Part shown: piece by piece, positions 1-9,171 of the stretch
How the letters are laid out: every line of letters starts with the position of its first letter
Position numbering within the stretch: the first letter of the stretch is position 1
Assembly: GCA_002403415.1 (NCBI GenBank)
Contig: DHHS01000171.1
Coordinates: 1-42,823 of the forward strand
Reading direction: 5' to 3'
Origin: Sphingomonas sp. UBA4766
GTDB taxonomy: Bacteria > Pseudomonadota > Alphaproteobacteria > Sphingomonadales > Sphingomonadaceae
DNA length: 42,823 nt
Translations under genes and position numbers: made by a program
Notes under the pieces: model-generated
What the model was told of the DNA's origin: nothing
Databases searched by the model: none
The model's input: the letters and a program-made list of their open reading frames with translations, nothing else

Positions 1-1257
1 CCGGACGAAGTAAGCGTCGTCACCTGCCCCGCCGATCAACTGATTAGTGCCGGCACCACCCCCGACCAGGGTGTCATTGCCGTCGAACCCCTCAAGCCGA
101 TAACTCCCCACATTGCCCACGGACAACCGATCCGCGCCGCTGGTGCCGTTGATAGCAACCACGGAGAATGACAGATTGCGCAAGGGTGACGAAGCATCGC
201 CGTCAATGAAGCCCCGGAGTTCCAGCTCCGAAATCAGGACAGTGGCCAAGCCGTTGGAAAGGCCATCGCTTAACAGATTATTGCTCAGCCAGCGCGCAGT
301 GGCGTTAATCGTGTCTCCACTCGCCGCCAGCGATTCGACGTTGCCTGAATGGCGCACCGATTCGTCGAACACGAAATCGGTGGCGATGTTGCCTGTGACG
401 ACAGCATTGTCGCTGTTCACAACGCGCAGCCAGCTCGGCTGATCATTATGGGCAATAACTGTATTACCCGTTACCGACAGTCCACTGCGAACATCCGCAA
501 TCCCAATTCCATGGTAACTGGCCCCGACAATCGTATTATCGGAAATGGTTACGCGCTCATAGGGCTTCGATCCCGTTTCATCGCGTAGCCAAATACCTTG
601 AATAGGTGAACCGGCGCCGCGAACAAATGTATTTCCGGATATAAGGATATCGGTCGCACCTGCTTTAGTATTAGTTGTCCACACCTGAATCGCGTCAGGA
701 TGGATTACCCAATCGACATTTTGAAAATTGGTGAAAAAGTTATCCGTGATCGTCAAATGCGATGTGCCGCCTCCCGCCACACCATTGTCTCGGATAACGC
801 TGAATTCATTATTCGAGATCTGTACATTACGACTATCGCGATGAGTTATCGCGTCAGTGAGTTCAGCAAATTTTGAATTGGTTATGCTGACGTTATTACT
901 ATCTCGGATAGAGAGGCCACGAAAATCGTCATGAGATGACCCATTCAATGATCCATGCAAAAACATTTTTTCGAATTTTATATTCGAGGATCCATTGATT
1001 GAAAATGATGAATCTCTACGCGATACCATCTCCAACCCTGAGAATGTAAATCCGCTGCTGCTGTTTACAGACAATCCATACAGTACGGCAGGATTATTTT
1101 GATCCACCGACGAAATCGTCACATTACCACTTTTTACGATTCCAGAGAGATAGATATTGCTATACGATCCAGGATAAATCTTGATATCGTCTCCTGCCTG
1201 TGCAGCTTTCATTGCCGCCAACAACTGACTGCTGCTTGAAACGAATATCGTTGCCAC
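1..1257 (-). CDS. SpsR/GelR/DpsR-like right-handed beta-helix protein (putative polysaccharide lyase) with C-terminal RTX-type Ca-binding repeats; 3' end runs off the window
   Basis: Absent from the ORF track. My translation of the minus strand from GTG 1257 (GGGGG SD upstream) is open for 419 codons to position 1: MATIFVSSSSQLLAAMKAAQAGDDIKIYPGSY...IHPDAIQVWTTNTKAGATDILISGNTFVRGAGSPIQGIWLRDETGSKPYERVTISDNTIVGASYHGI...LEGFDGNDTLVGGGAGTNQLIGGAGDDAYFVR. The HPDAIQ/QGI..DE.G..PY/YHGI blocks match sphingan R proteins as I recall them; GGxGxD repeats are RTX-like. Confidence 0.85.
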   Translation of the reverse strand, partial: MATIFVSSSSQLLAAMKAAQAGDDIKIYPGSYSNIYLSGIVKSGNVTISSVDQNNPAVLYGLSVNSSSGFTFSGLEMVSRRDSSFSINGSSNIKFEKMFLHGSLNGSSHDDFRGLSIRDSNNVSITNSKFAELTDAITHRDSRNVQISNNEFSVIRDNGVAGGGTSHLTITDNFFTNFQNVDWVIHPDAIQVWTTNTKAGATDILISGNTFVRGAGSPIQGIWLRDETGSKPYERVTISDNTIVGASYHGIGIADVRSGLSVTGNTVIAHNDQPSWLRVVNSDNAVVTGNIATDFVFDESVRHSGNVESLAASGDTINATARWLSNNLLSDGLSNGLATVLISELELRGFIDGDASSPLRNLSFSVVAINGTSGADRLSVGNVGSYRLEGFDGNDTLVGGGAGTNQLIGGAGDDAYFVR

Positions 1258-1486
1258 ACATACCCCCGAAATTATATTTGCCCACGCTCCGCTCAATTTG
1301 ACAAATATTGGAGGAACGATTGCACTTACGCTTTCAGATCCGGTATATTATGCGGTAACTAAGAATCCCGGTTACGTCGCGCCCCGAACTCTTTAAAGTA
1401 AACACAACGTTGCATCTCTGGCAGCAATCGTGTTTGGACGGTCGCCGTCGTTCGGACCATCCGGATTCGATAGGAGTATCGGCATC

Positions 1487-3106
1487 ATGAATCGGGACGG
1501 ATCTGGCATCTCGACGGTTCCGAGGCCGCTGGGCGGCTACACGCAGCACAATTTTCTGATGCGCGCGCCGTATTTGGGCTATCTTGCATTAACGGCACTC
1601 GTTGGAAGCTATGGCTTGGCATTCGCGCTGCACGGAGTCGAGGCGCCAGCGCCCTATCTGGCGCCGATCGGCTTAATGATTATCACCATCCTGTGGATCA
1701 TGCCGGAGGTGGAACGCCCGCCCGAACAATGGATTGGTCGCCTCGTTGTCGGGTTTCTAATCGCCCTGGTCGGTTGGCCAGACTATCTCGCGCTAACATT
1801 CCCGGGCTTGCCGTGGATCAGCGCGATCCGCCTGTTTGGCATCCCCTTGATGGCCGTACTCACCATTTGCTGGGTAGGGTCGCCAAGTTTTCGGGCAATG
1901 ATGCTGGAGCGCATGACGGGAGATCGATTGATCAGCGGTGCGATGCTGGCATTCTTTGTAATCTGCGCGCTTTCGGTCGTTTTATCCAAAGATACATCGT
2001 CATCGCTAAACAAGTTTTTTGTCGCGACGATGACTTGGTTCTTTCTGTTTATCGCGGGCATCCATTATTTTGCGACGCCGGGGCGCGTGCGCGTTTTTGC
2101 TAACCTGATGCTGAGTGCCGTGATCCTGTCGACAGCGATCGGCCTGTACGAATGGCAGTTTAATGCACTGCCGTGGAAAGATCGCATTCCGTGGTTTTTG
2201 GCCGTCCATAGCCCGCAAGTTGATGCGATCTTGGCAGGTATTACAAGGTCCGCCACGGGCGTGTATCGCGTCCAGAGCAAATTTAGCAGCAGCATTGGAC
2301 TTGGCGAATTTTTCGGCATGGCTCTACCCTTTGTCTTGCACTTGATGACGACAACAAAATCTCAATCAATGAGAATTATGATCGCACTCTTGTTGCCATT
2401 TATGTTTGTCGTAGTTTTACAAACTGACTCGAGACTGGCATTTATTTCATTCTTCTCATCGTTGATAATTTATATCTTGTATGCATTCATTGATCGATGG
2501 CGCCGTCGTAAGGACAGTTTGTTTGCACCAGCCATTGTACTGATTTATCCGATATTGTTATCGAGTCTTATCTTTGCATCGTTTTTCTGGCGTCGACTTT
2601 CCGTGAAAGTATGGGGGGGCGGCGCGCAATCTTTCAGCTCTGACTCGCGAGAGATACAGGTAAGTCTTGGCATCCCCAAAATTCTTGCCAGACCATTCGG
2701 ATATGGCATCGGCCAGGGCGCGGACACGCTTGGTTATGTGGCGCCCGGCTATGATATCGTTACGATCGACAGCTATTTTCTCGCCGCGGCCCTCGAATTC
2801 GGCGTCATCGGATTCTTGATACTCTATGGTTTGTTAGCCTGGGCAGTAGTCCGCTCAATGCAAATTGCGTTGCGGGCACATAACCCCGATGTCATTTTTC
2901 TGGCCCCCGCCGCAATCGGGCTGGCAAACTTCATCCTCTCCAAATCAATCTACAGCCAAACCGAGAACCATCCGCTCGCCTTTTTTCTGGTCGGGATGGT
3001 GCTCGTCCTGCTGTATCGCGAACGAAGGGAAGGCGAGCAGGGAGCGGTCAAGCGCGCGCTCGCCGCGACAAACAAATCGCATGGAGCAAATCGCTCCGTT
3101 ACCTGA
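1487..3106 (+). CDS. SpsG/GelG/DpsG-like polysaccharide polymerase (Wzy/O-antigen ligase family)
   Basis: Multi-TM protein. WPDYLALTFPGLPWIS, YRVQSKFSS, VWGGGAQ..S...RE.Q..LG.P.I..RPFGYG and TIDS.FL motifs resemble sphingan G proteins. AGGAG at 1472-1476 precedes ATG 1487. Confidence 0.8.
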   Translation: MNRDGSGISTVPRPLGGYTQHNFLMRAPYLGYLALTALVGSYGLAFALHGVEAPAPYLAPIGLMIITILWIMPEVERPPEQWIGRLVVGFLIALVGWPDYLALTFPGLPWISAIRLFGIPLMAVLTICWVGSPSFRAMMLERMTGDRLISGAMLAFFVICALSVVLSKDTSSSLNKFFVATMTWFFLFIAGIHYFATPGRVRVFANLMLSAVILSTAIGLYEWQFNALPWKDRIPWFLAVHSPQVDAILAGITRSATGVYRVQSKFSSSIGLGEFFGMALPFVLHLMTTTKSQSMRIMIALLLPFMFVVVLQTDSRLAFISFFSSLIIYILYAFIDRWRRRKDSLFAPAIVLIYPILLSSLIFASFFWRRLSVKVWGGGAQSFSSDSREIQVSLGIPKILARPFGYGIGQGADTLGYVAPGYDIVTIDSYFLAAALEFGVIGFLILYGLLAWAVVRSMQIALRAHNPDVIFLAPAAIGLANFILSKSIYSQTENHPLAFFLVGMVLVLLYRERREGEQGAVKRALAATNKSHGANRSVT

Positions 3107-3142
3107 GCTTGTTGCGAGAACACCCGGCATCCCACCCAAGGT

Positions 3143-4468
3143 TCAGTCTGCACGCGCCTCAGCCTCGTCAGGCTCAACGTAACTGCCCGTGATGATGTTG
3201 ATGCGTTCGAGTCGGCGCACCGTCAACAGATTGGCGATATTGCCGATGATCGGCACCAGCGCCATCGTAACCGCCAGACCGGTCAAGCCAAAGAGATGTG
3301 CAGCGATTGGGGCGGCAATGAGCAAGGCGCCGGTAACGCTTGCCGCAATCAGGAAATTCAACCGCTCATGCCCCATCATGGCGAGGACAAGTCCGGCTGG
3401 GCCCGTCGCCACATAAATGAACTGGCCCACCAGCATGATCTGGAGCAGCGGCGCTGCAGCCACGAACTCAGGGCCGATGAACGCGAGCAAATTTCGGGCA
3501 AAGACGCCGAGCAGGACCACGGGAACCAACGTCACCAAGATCCCCAGCCGCGTGGCCGAGCGCGACAACCGGGAAACCCAGTAGATATCACCCGTTTCAA
3601 TCGCGGCGCTGATCCGGGCGGCAAAGACATTGTAAAGGCCCATCGCAACAAAGGTCAGCGCGCCGGCAATCTGAAACGCGATTCGGAACAGCCCTGCTTC
3701 ATAGACGCCCAGCACCGACGCAGCCGTCGCCAGCCCGTACCAATCGGCAATGTTAAGCGCGATACCGGTCAGCCACAGCGGCAGCGACGTGCGGAACAGA
3801 TCGCGTAATTGGACATCGACGGTGTCCGAGCCGCCGCGCGTAAACCCGAACGAACGCAACACACCAAACAAGCCCGCCGCCACGCCGATCAGCGCGGTGG
3901 CCCACAAGACTTCGCCAAGCGTCGCCAGCACGCCGCCCGCCATCAGCAGCGCCACGCTGGTGGGAATGACCAGCACCTCAATCGTTTGCGCCATGATGTG
4001 AACATTTTGCGAGCGCAGAATTGCAGCGGTCAATCGCGTCATACTGCGCGCAAGCATCACCAGACACAGCAGGATGACGGCATCTTGCGGATAGTGTTTG
4101 CCGAACAGCCCAACAAAATAGGGCATCCCCGCCGCACCCAGGGCAATGACAATCACTGCCGCTGCCATCAGGCAATAAGCGAGCACCTTTAGAACGGCGG
4201 CGCGCGACAGGGGCACCTTGCGGACCATCGTCGCCGAAAACCTCCGAACCACAGCCAAATCCATGCCGCCAACCGCAATGATCGAGAGAAAGATGCCGGT
4301 CTGGGTAATCAGCGCATATTGGCCGCTCGCAACTGGGCCATAGAGGTTGCCGATCAGAAAACTGATCGCAAAGCCAGCGAGCACCGACAGGCCTCTGATC
4401 GAAATCGACGCCAGCGATTGAAAATGCGCGCCCAAATAGTGGCGCAGTCTGACGATCGAAAACTGCAT
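3143..4468 (-). CDS. Polysaccharide flippase (Wzx/MATE-like; possible SpsS equivalent)
   Basis: 441 aa with about 12 hydrophobic segments, flippase-type patterns (GPVASGQYAL, VYEAGLFRIA, GPEFVAAAPLL, LAMMGHER) and EPS context. Confidence 0.85.
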   Translation of the reverse strand: MQFSIVRLRHYLGAHFQSLASISIRGLSVLAGFAISFLIGNLYGPVASGQYALITQTGIFLSIIAVGGMDLAVVRRFSATMVRKVPLSRAAVLKVLAYCLMAAAVIVIALGAAGMPYFVGLFGKHYPQDAVILLCLVMLARSMTRLTAAILRSQNVHIMAQTIEVLVIPTSVALLMAGGVLATLGEVLWATALIGVAAGLFGVLRSFGFTRGGSDTVDVQLRDLFRTSLPLWLTGIALNIADWYGLATAASVLGVYEAGLFRIAFQIAGALTFVAMGLYNVFAARISAAIETGDIYWVSRLSRSATRLGILVTLVPVVLLGVFARNLLAFIGPEFVAAAPLLQIMLVGQFIYVATGPAGLVLAMMGHERLNFLIAASVTGALLIAAPIAAHLFGLTGLAVTMALVPIIGNIANLLTVRRLERINIITGSYVEPDEAEARAD

Positions 4469-4677
4469 GCTCTATCCAGATGTAGGAATGGGGCGACCTT
4501 AGCGATATCGTCGTGTTGCGCTACCGCAATGTGCACTGGCGGGCACCAGGGCAACTCGCAATCCGCCAAACTCCGGATGAGTGAGCGCGGCGTGACCCCA
4601 ATTGTTCGCCGCATAAACATTGTGGCAGTGCGGCATCCATCTTGGTAGGGGGGAGGGGACGGCACAAAGGACGCGAC

Positions 4678-5949
4678 ATGGAAATTTTCAAGTGGGCGAA
4701 GCGCCAAAGCAATCGCCCCGCTGACGCGGCGGATTTCGATGCATCGGCCAACGGGGTGGAGCCGGTTGCAATCCCCAAACGATCATTACCGCGGTTCAAC
4801 ACCACGGGCAGCGATCTTGGTATTTCCGATGCCGAGCTGCCCCGGATGCGCATTCGCATCCGCGATGCGTTCAGCCCGTCGCAACCGATCCAGGACCCGC
4901 GCATGTTTGCCGGCCGCGAGGAAATTCTAAAAACCCTGATTCGCGCGATTGAGGATATGCGCCTGCATGTCGTGGTTTATGGTGATCGCGGCATTGGCAA
5001 GACATCGTTGCTGCACCTGCTTACCCGGCTGGCAACTGACGCACATTATCATGTCGCCTATCATTCGTGCGGCGAGCGTGACAGCTTTAGCGAGGTGTTT
5101 CGGGCCATCGCCGAGCAGATTCCGCTGCTGTACGATTCACGTTACGATCCCACCGCCGACGAGACGGCCAGCGGCGCATCGCTCGCGCTCATGCTGCCGC
5201 AAGGCGAGTATAATGTCAGCCAATTGAGCCAGGCCTTTTCGCACCTGTCCAACACCCGTCTGATTATCGTACTCGACGAATTTGATCGCAGCCCCGGCGG
5301 CGACTTTCGGCGGATGGTGGCCGAGTTTATCAAGAACGTATCGGATCGCTCGCTCCGGGTCCGGCTGGTAATTGGCGGTGTCGGGACCAGCTTGTCGGAA
5401 CTGGTCGAACATATCCCGTCGATCCGGCGCAACATTCTTGGCCTCGAAGTCCCGGCAATGACGCCAGATGAAGTCAAGGAAGTAATTTCGATCGGCGAAC
5501 GCGTTAGTGGCCTGAGCTATGCACCACAGTCGGTCGATGACATCATCCATCTTTCGCGAGGCTCGCCGTACATGGCGTCGATGCTGGCGCAGTATAGCGG
5601 ATTTCGGGCGATTGATGACGATCTTGACACCGTCAGCCCGTGGCATGTTGTCGAGGCTGCGCGGCAGGTTGCGCTGGAACTTCGCGGGCGCTTGTCGGAG
5701 CGGGCGGTAACGACCGTTGCCGCAGCACTGGCAGCGGGCATGCAGACCGTGCTGATGGACTGCGCGAAATCAGCGATGGGATCGTCGGCTCGGCTCGTGC
5801 CATCGCATGTCAATCCGGAACAACTCGCCGATTTAAGTGAGCGCTATCCCGCGCTGTTCGAGCCTGTGCCCGGCGACCCGAAAGGCAGCTATCGGTTCAC
5901 CGAAGAAGGCCTGCCCGTCTTTTTGTGGATCTGGCTCAGCACGCATTAA
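4678..5949 (+). CDS. SpsJ/GelJ/DpsJ-like P-loop (AAA-type) ATPase
   Basis: Walker A YGDRGIGKTSLL, Walker B IIVLDEFDR. FSPSQP, KNVSDRS.RV.LVI.GV, PSIRRN.LGL, GSPY and RFTEE.LPVFLW match the sphingan J protein as recalled. AAAGGA SD before ATG 4678. Confidence 0.8.
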   Translation: MEIFKWAKRQSNRPADAADFDASANGVEPVAIPKRSLPRFNTTGSDLGISDAELPRMRIRIRDAFSPSQPIQDPRMFAGREEILKTLIRAIEDMRLHVVVYGDRGIGKTSLLHLLTRLATDAHYHVAYHSCGERDSFSEVFRAIAEQIPLLYDSRYDPTADETASGASLALMLPQGEYNVSQLSQAFSHLSNTRLIIVLDEFDRSPGGDFRRMVAEFIKNVSDRSLRVRLVIGGVGTSLSELVEHIPSIRRNILGLEVPAMTPDEVKEVISIGERVSGLSYAPQSVDDIIHLSRGSPYMASMLAQYSGFRAIDDDLDTVSPWHVVEAARQVALELRGRLSERAVTTVAAALAAGMQTVLMDCAKSAMGSSARLVPSHVNPEQLADLSERYPALFEPVPGDPKGSYRFTEEGLPVFLWIWLSTH

Positions 5950-6023
5950 GACGAGCAATCGCACCTGGTGTGACTGCGGCTCATTGGCCATAATCCTTTG
6001 ATTGCGCTATGTAAGGGGATGAT

Positions 6024-6911
6024 ATGACCGATCGTGATCGTCCGTTTCCTGCCCTGCCAATGCGTTGGCGACTAGTCGTGGGCGGCTTAGGCGCACTGGT
6101 ACTCGTCTTTGGCATAGGGGTCTCTGCACAGTCGGCCACCAGGAAAGCGACAGCACAAAACATTAACGCGATCACGCTCGCCGCCCAATGTGGTGATACA
6201 ATCAAAGCAACCGACGAATTCCCAGCGCCCATCATCGTAAAGTCGCGCCCGACATGTCCCGTGACGCTCGACCTGACCGATGCGACGGTAACGAGCATGC
6301 GGTTTGTCGGCGCCAGCAACTGGACGGTCAAGGGCGGCACATTTACGGGCGCGCGGTTCATAGCAGTCCAGGTCATCGGCTCGGATCACCTGAAATTCCT
6401 CAATGGCACGTACCGAAATTACGGCAACGCCGGCATCAGCCTGCTGAACAGCAGTTTCATCATTGTTCAAGGCAATAGCTTTTCTGATGCGAATGCCGAT
6501 GGCGTCGATGTGGTTTCGAGCCAGGATATCGAATTCCGGAACAATAGCTGCAGTTTGTCCTACACACAAAAGCTGCATGCCGATTGCCTGCAGATATGGA
6601 ACAAACCGGGCAATCCGCTTACGGTCGCCCGCGTCATCGCCGATGGCAACAAATGTTTTGGCCGCATGCAATGCATCGTCACCTTTGGTGCTGGCGATCC
6701 CCGGCCGATATCCGGCATCACCATTACCAATAATTATGCCCATATCCGCACGAAATGGGGGGGACAGATAAATGCACCAGGCCCCGTGTGCCTGGAGTGC
6801 AAGATGAGGGGCAATGTTGCAGAAACCTATCCTGGAATGCCCCCAAGCTGGGAACGACCAGGATGGTACAACGGCAGGCGTGCCGAGCCCGGCAACACCA
6901 ACGGCAAATGA
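6024..6911 (+). CDS. Exported right-handed parallel beta-helix protein (pectate lyase-like fold)
   Basis: N-terminal hydrophobic signal or anchor; PbH1-like repeats (GISLLNSSFIIVQGNSF, DGVDVVSSQDIEFRNN); HADCLQIW motif; AAGGGGA SD. Confidence 0.75.
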   Translation: MTDRDRPFPALPMRWRLVVGGLGALVLVFGIGVSAQSATRKATAQNINAITLAAQCGDTIKATDEFPAPIIVKSRPTCPVTLDLTDATVTSMRFVGASNWTVKGGTFTGARFIAVQVIGSDHLKFLNGTYRNYGNAGISLLNSSFIIVQGNSFSDANADGVDVVSSQDIEFRNNSCSLSYTQKLHADCLQIWNKPGNPLTVARVIADGNKCFGRMQCIVTFGAGDPRPISGITITNNYAHIRTKWGGQINAPGPVCLECKMRGNVAETYPGMPPSWERPGWYNGRRAEPGNTNGK

Positions 6912-7220
6912 CCACGGCCGAACAATAATCTGGTGGACCCAACGCCTGCTGCGCGGTCGCTACGGTGCGCGCTCCTACTGACCCGCTCCCATTGGTCCCG
7001 AGGTTATGACGCGAACCCGCCGGTTTAATATTCGTGTTCACGTCCCGCCGACGCCCGCCCCCGCACCGTGGGACAAAGATCGCGATCACGAAATCAATGA
7101 GGGCGACAAGCCATTACAGCCGCCACAATCTGCCCGGCGGCCAGTCGCCACCCTGCGCGGCGTAGGGGCGAAGCCGAACATGCTATCGTTCGGAGCATGG
7201 TCTGGAGTGCGAGCGGCGCG

Positions 7221-7844
7221 TCATCTGGCCATTGCATAAGGTCCGCCTCGCTCGATCGCCGCCTGATATGCGGGCCTTGCGTGGAGCCGACCAATCCAGG
7301 CATCCAGATTGGGAAAGCGGCTACGCAAGCCAAAGACACCGGCCACTTCGCCGACAAAGCTCATTTGGACGTCCGCAGCACTAAACTCATTGCCGACCAG
7401 ATACTGCACGCCCTCAAGCGATTGCTCGACATAGCCCAGGTGATTGGCAATCTCGCTGTCGATCCGGGGGTGCAAGGGCGCACCGGCATCCCCCAATCGT
7501 CCCACATACATTTTGAGCATCAGCGGCAGCATTGCCGAGCCCTCGGCATAATGGAGCCATTGAACATATTTCTCGTAATCAGCATTAGCGGGTGCCGGGC
7601 ACAGCTTTCCCCCCGACAGCCTGACAAGGTAATCAACGATCGCGCCGGATTCATGAACAATCATTGCCCCGTCGCTGATGACGGGCGACTTGCCGAGCGG
7701 ATGGATCGCAATCAGCTCGGGCGGTGCCAGGCGAGTTTTGGCATCACGCTGATAGAATTGAATCTGATACTCCAGCCCCAGTTCCTCAAGCAGCCAGAGA
7801 ATCCGTTGCGAACGGGATTCGTTCAAATGATGCACGGTAATCAT
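7221..7844 (-). CDS. Glutathione S-transferase (GTT1-like)
   Basis: MITVHHLNESRSQRILWLLEELG, HPLGKSPVI, ESGAI and FSAADVQMSF motifs; ATG 7844 preferred over the track start. Confidence 0.93.
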   Translation of the reverse strand: MITVHHLNESRSQRILWLLEELGLEYQIQFYQRDAKTRLAPPELIAIHPLGKSPVISDGAMIVHESGAIVDYLVRLSGGKLCPAPANADYEKYVQWLHYAEGSAMLPLMLKMYVGRLGDAGAPLHPRIDSEIANHLGYVEQSLEGVQYLVGNEFSAADVQMSFVGEVAGVFGLRSRFPNLDAWIGRLHARPAYQAAIERGGPYAMAR

Positions 7845-7888
7845 AGGATGGCTCGGCCCTTTCAACATCAAACGCTGGCGATGATACG

Positions 7889-9169
7889 TCAGCAATCGCC
7901 CGCTAGCGAGTGGTAGTCTGCCGCCGGGTTCGTTGTTTTTCGCGGCTCGCCTGATCGCTTATCGCCGCAATCGCGCGGGCAAGAACGTCGCGAGTGTTCA
8001 AGCGGGGACCCGCATCGCCGGGTCGCGTGTCTGGCGCCCCGCCGCGCGGTGCGTCTGCGCCACCAAATCAGATAACCTGTTAGCGTAAGCGCACAGGTCG
8101 CCATCCCGGCGAGCAGCACCAGCACGCGTCCGGCCCAGCCCAGCGCCTTGCCGCTATGGAGCGGATATTGCCACGCCATGATTGCATCGGCGGCGGTCCC
8201 TTGCGCGTGATGGGTGCTGCCCAGCACCACCCCACTACGCGCTTCGACCGTGATGAAGCGCGCGCCATAATCCCAGGTAATGTCATGGGGATCACGCGCG
8301 TGAACAATCCAGACGCCCAAGTCCGCGCGATAGGCAAGTGCCGATGGGTTCAGCATCGGCTGGTGGTCGCGGGCCGCGCGCAAGGCGGCATCGGCATTCA
8401 CGGGCGGTGCATATAAGGGGGTGTTCAGCTTGCGCTGGCGATCGGCATGGGTGGGTGTCGGGGTGCTGAACACGCGCAGAATGGTCAGGAATTCGGCGTT
8501 CAGGTTAAAATACGCGCCCGTCACCCCCATCATCACCGTGACCGGCAAAAGCCACATGCCGATGGCACGGTGCAAGTCAAAAGCCGCCTTGTGACGCTGC
8601 GTGGTGCGGCGCAGTTGCACGATTTCGCGCCAGTTCTTGGCCGATCGCCGAGCGAGCGACATCGCGATGGCCTGATCGGCAACCCACATCAGCGCAAGCC
8701 CGCCGAGCAGCCACGCAGCCCATGGCCCCCCGTGCAGTTCATAGTGCAGCTTGTAAACGAACGGCATGACATTGGCCCGAGCCAGCCGCCACGCGCCAAA
8801 TACCCGGCTTCCCTGCACGGTGGCGCTATGGGGGTCGACAAAAGCTTCCCGCCCGCCCGGCCCGACCGCCCCAGCATGATCGTGCCGGTCGACAAGATAC
8901 AGGTGCAGGCTGCCGTCGACCCGTTTGGGTAGCGCAATAAAATTTACGGCCGATCCCGGCCAGGCGCGCTCGGCGGCGGCGATGGCGGGGGCAATTGGTG
9001 CGCGGGTGACTGGGCGCTGCGTCACGGCGGTAAACAGTTCAGGGTTGAGCGCGTGGTCCGCCTCTTCATAGAAAACCAGCACGCAACCGGTCAGCGCGAC
9101 CAAAAACAGCCATGGCCCGCCAATCACGCCGAACCAGCGGTGCCACAGCCGCAGCGACCGGCCGCGCAT
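7889..9169 (-). CDS. PepSY-associated TM helix domain protein (iron-regulated membrane protein/ferric reductase-like)
   Basis: WHRWFG...LTG, KLHYEL, DLHRAIG...VTG, PLHSG and TGYLIWWRRR motifs; directly downstream of the TonB receptor. Confidence 0.9.
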   Translation of the reverse strand: MRGRSLRLWHRWFGVIGGPWLFLVALTGCVLVFYEEADHALNPELFTAVTQRPVTRAPIAPAIAAAERAWPGSAVNFIALPKRVDGSLHLYLVDRHDHAGAVGPGGREAFVDPHSATVQGSRVFGAWRLARANVMPFVYKLHYELHGGPWAAWLLGGLALMWVADQAIAMSLARRSAKNWREIVQLRRTTQRHKAAFDLHRAIGMWLLPVTVMMGVTGAYFNLNAEFLTILRVFSTPTPTHADRQRKLNTPLYAPPVNADAALRAARDHQPMLNPSALAYRADLGVWIVHARDPHDITWDYGARFITVEARSGVVLGSTHHAQGTAADAIMAWQYPLHSGKALGWAGRVLVLLAGMATCALTLTGYLIWWRRRTARRGARHATRRCGSPLEHSRRSCPRDCGDKRSGEPRKTTNPAADYHSLAGDC

Positions 9170-9171
9170 AA

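Noticed and set aside
113-588. Plus-strand ORFs 113-442 and 349-588
   Set aside because: Shadows of the minus-strand beta-helix/RTX gene at 1-1257.
6912-7220. Short ORFs and hairpins between the beta-helix gene and GST
   Set aside because: ORFs lack SD and protein-like composition; hairpins are imperfect with no U-tract, so no call is supportable.
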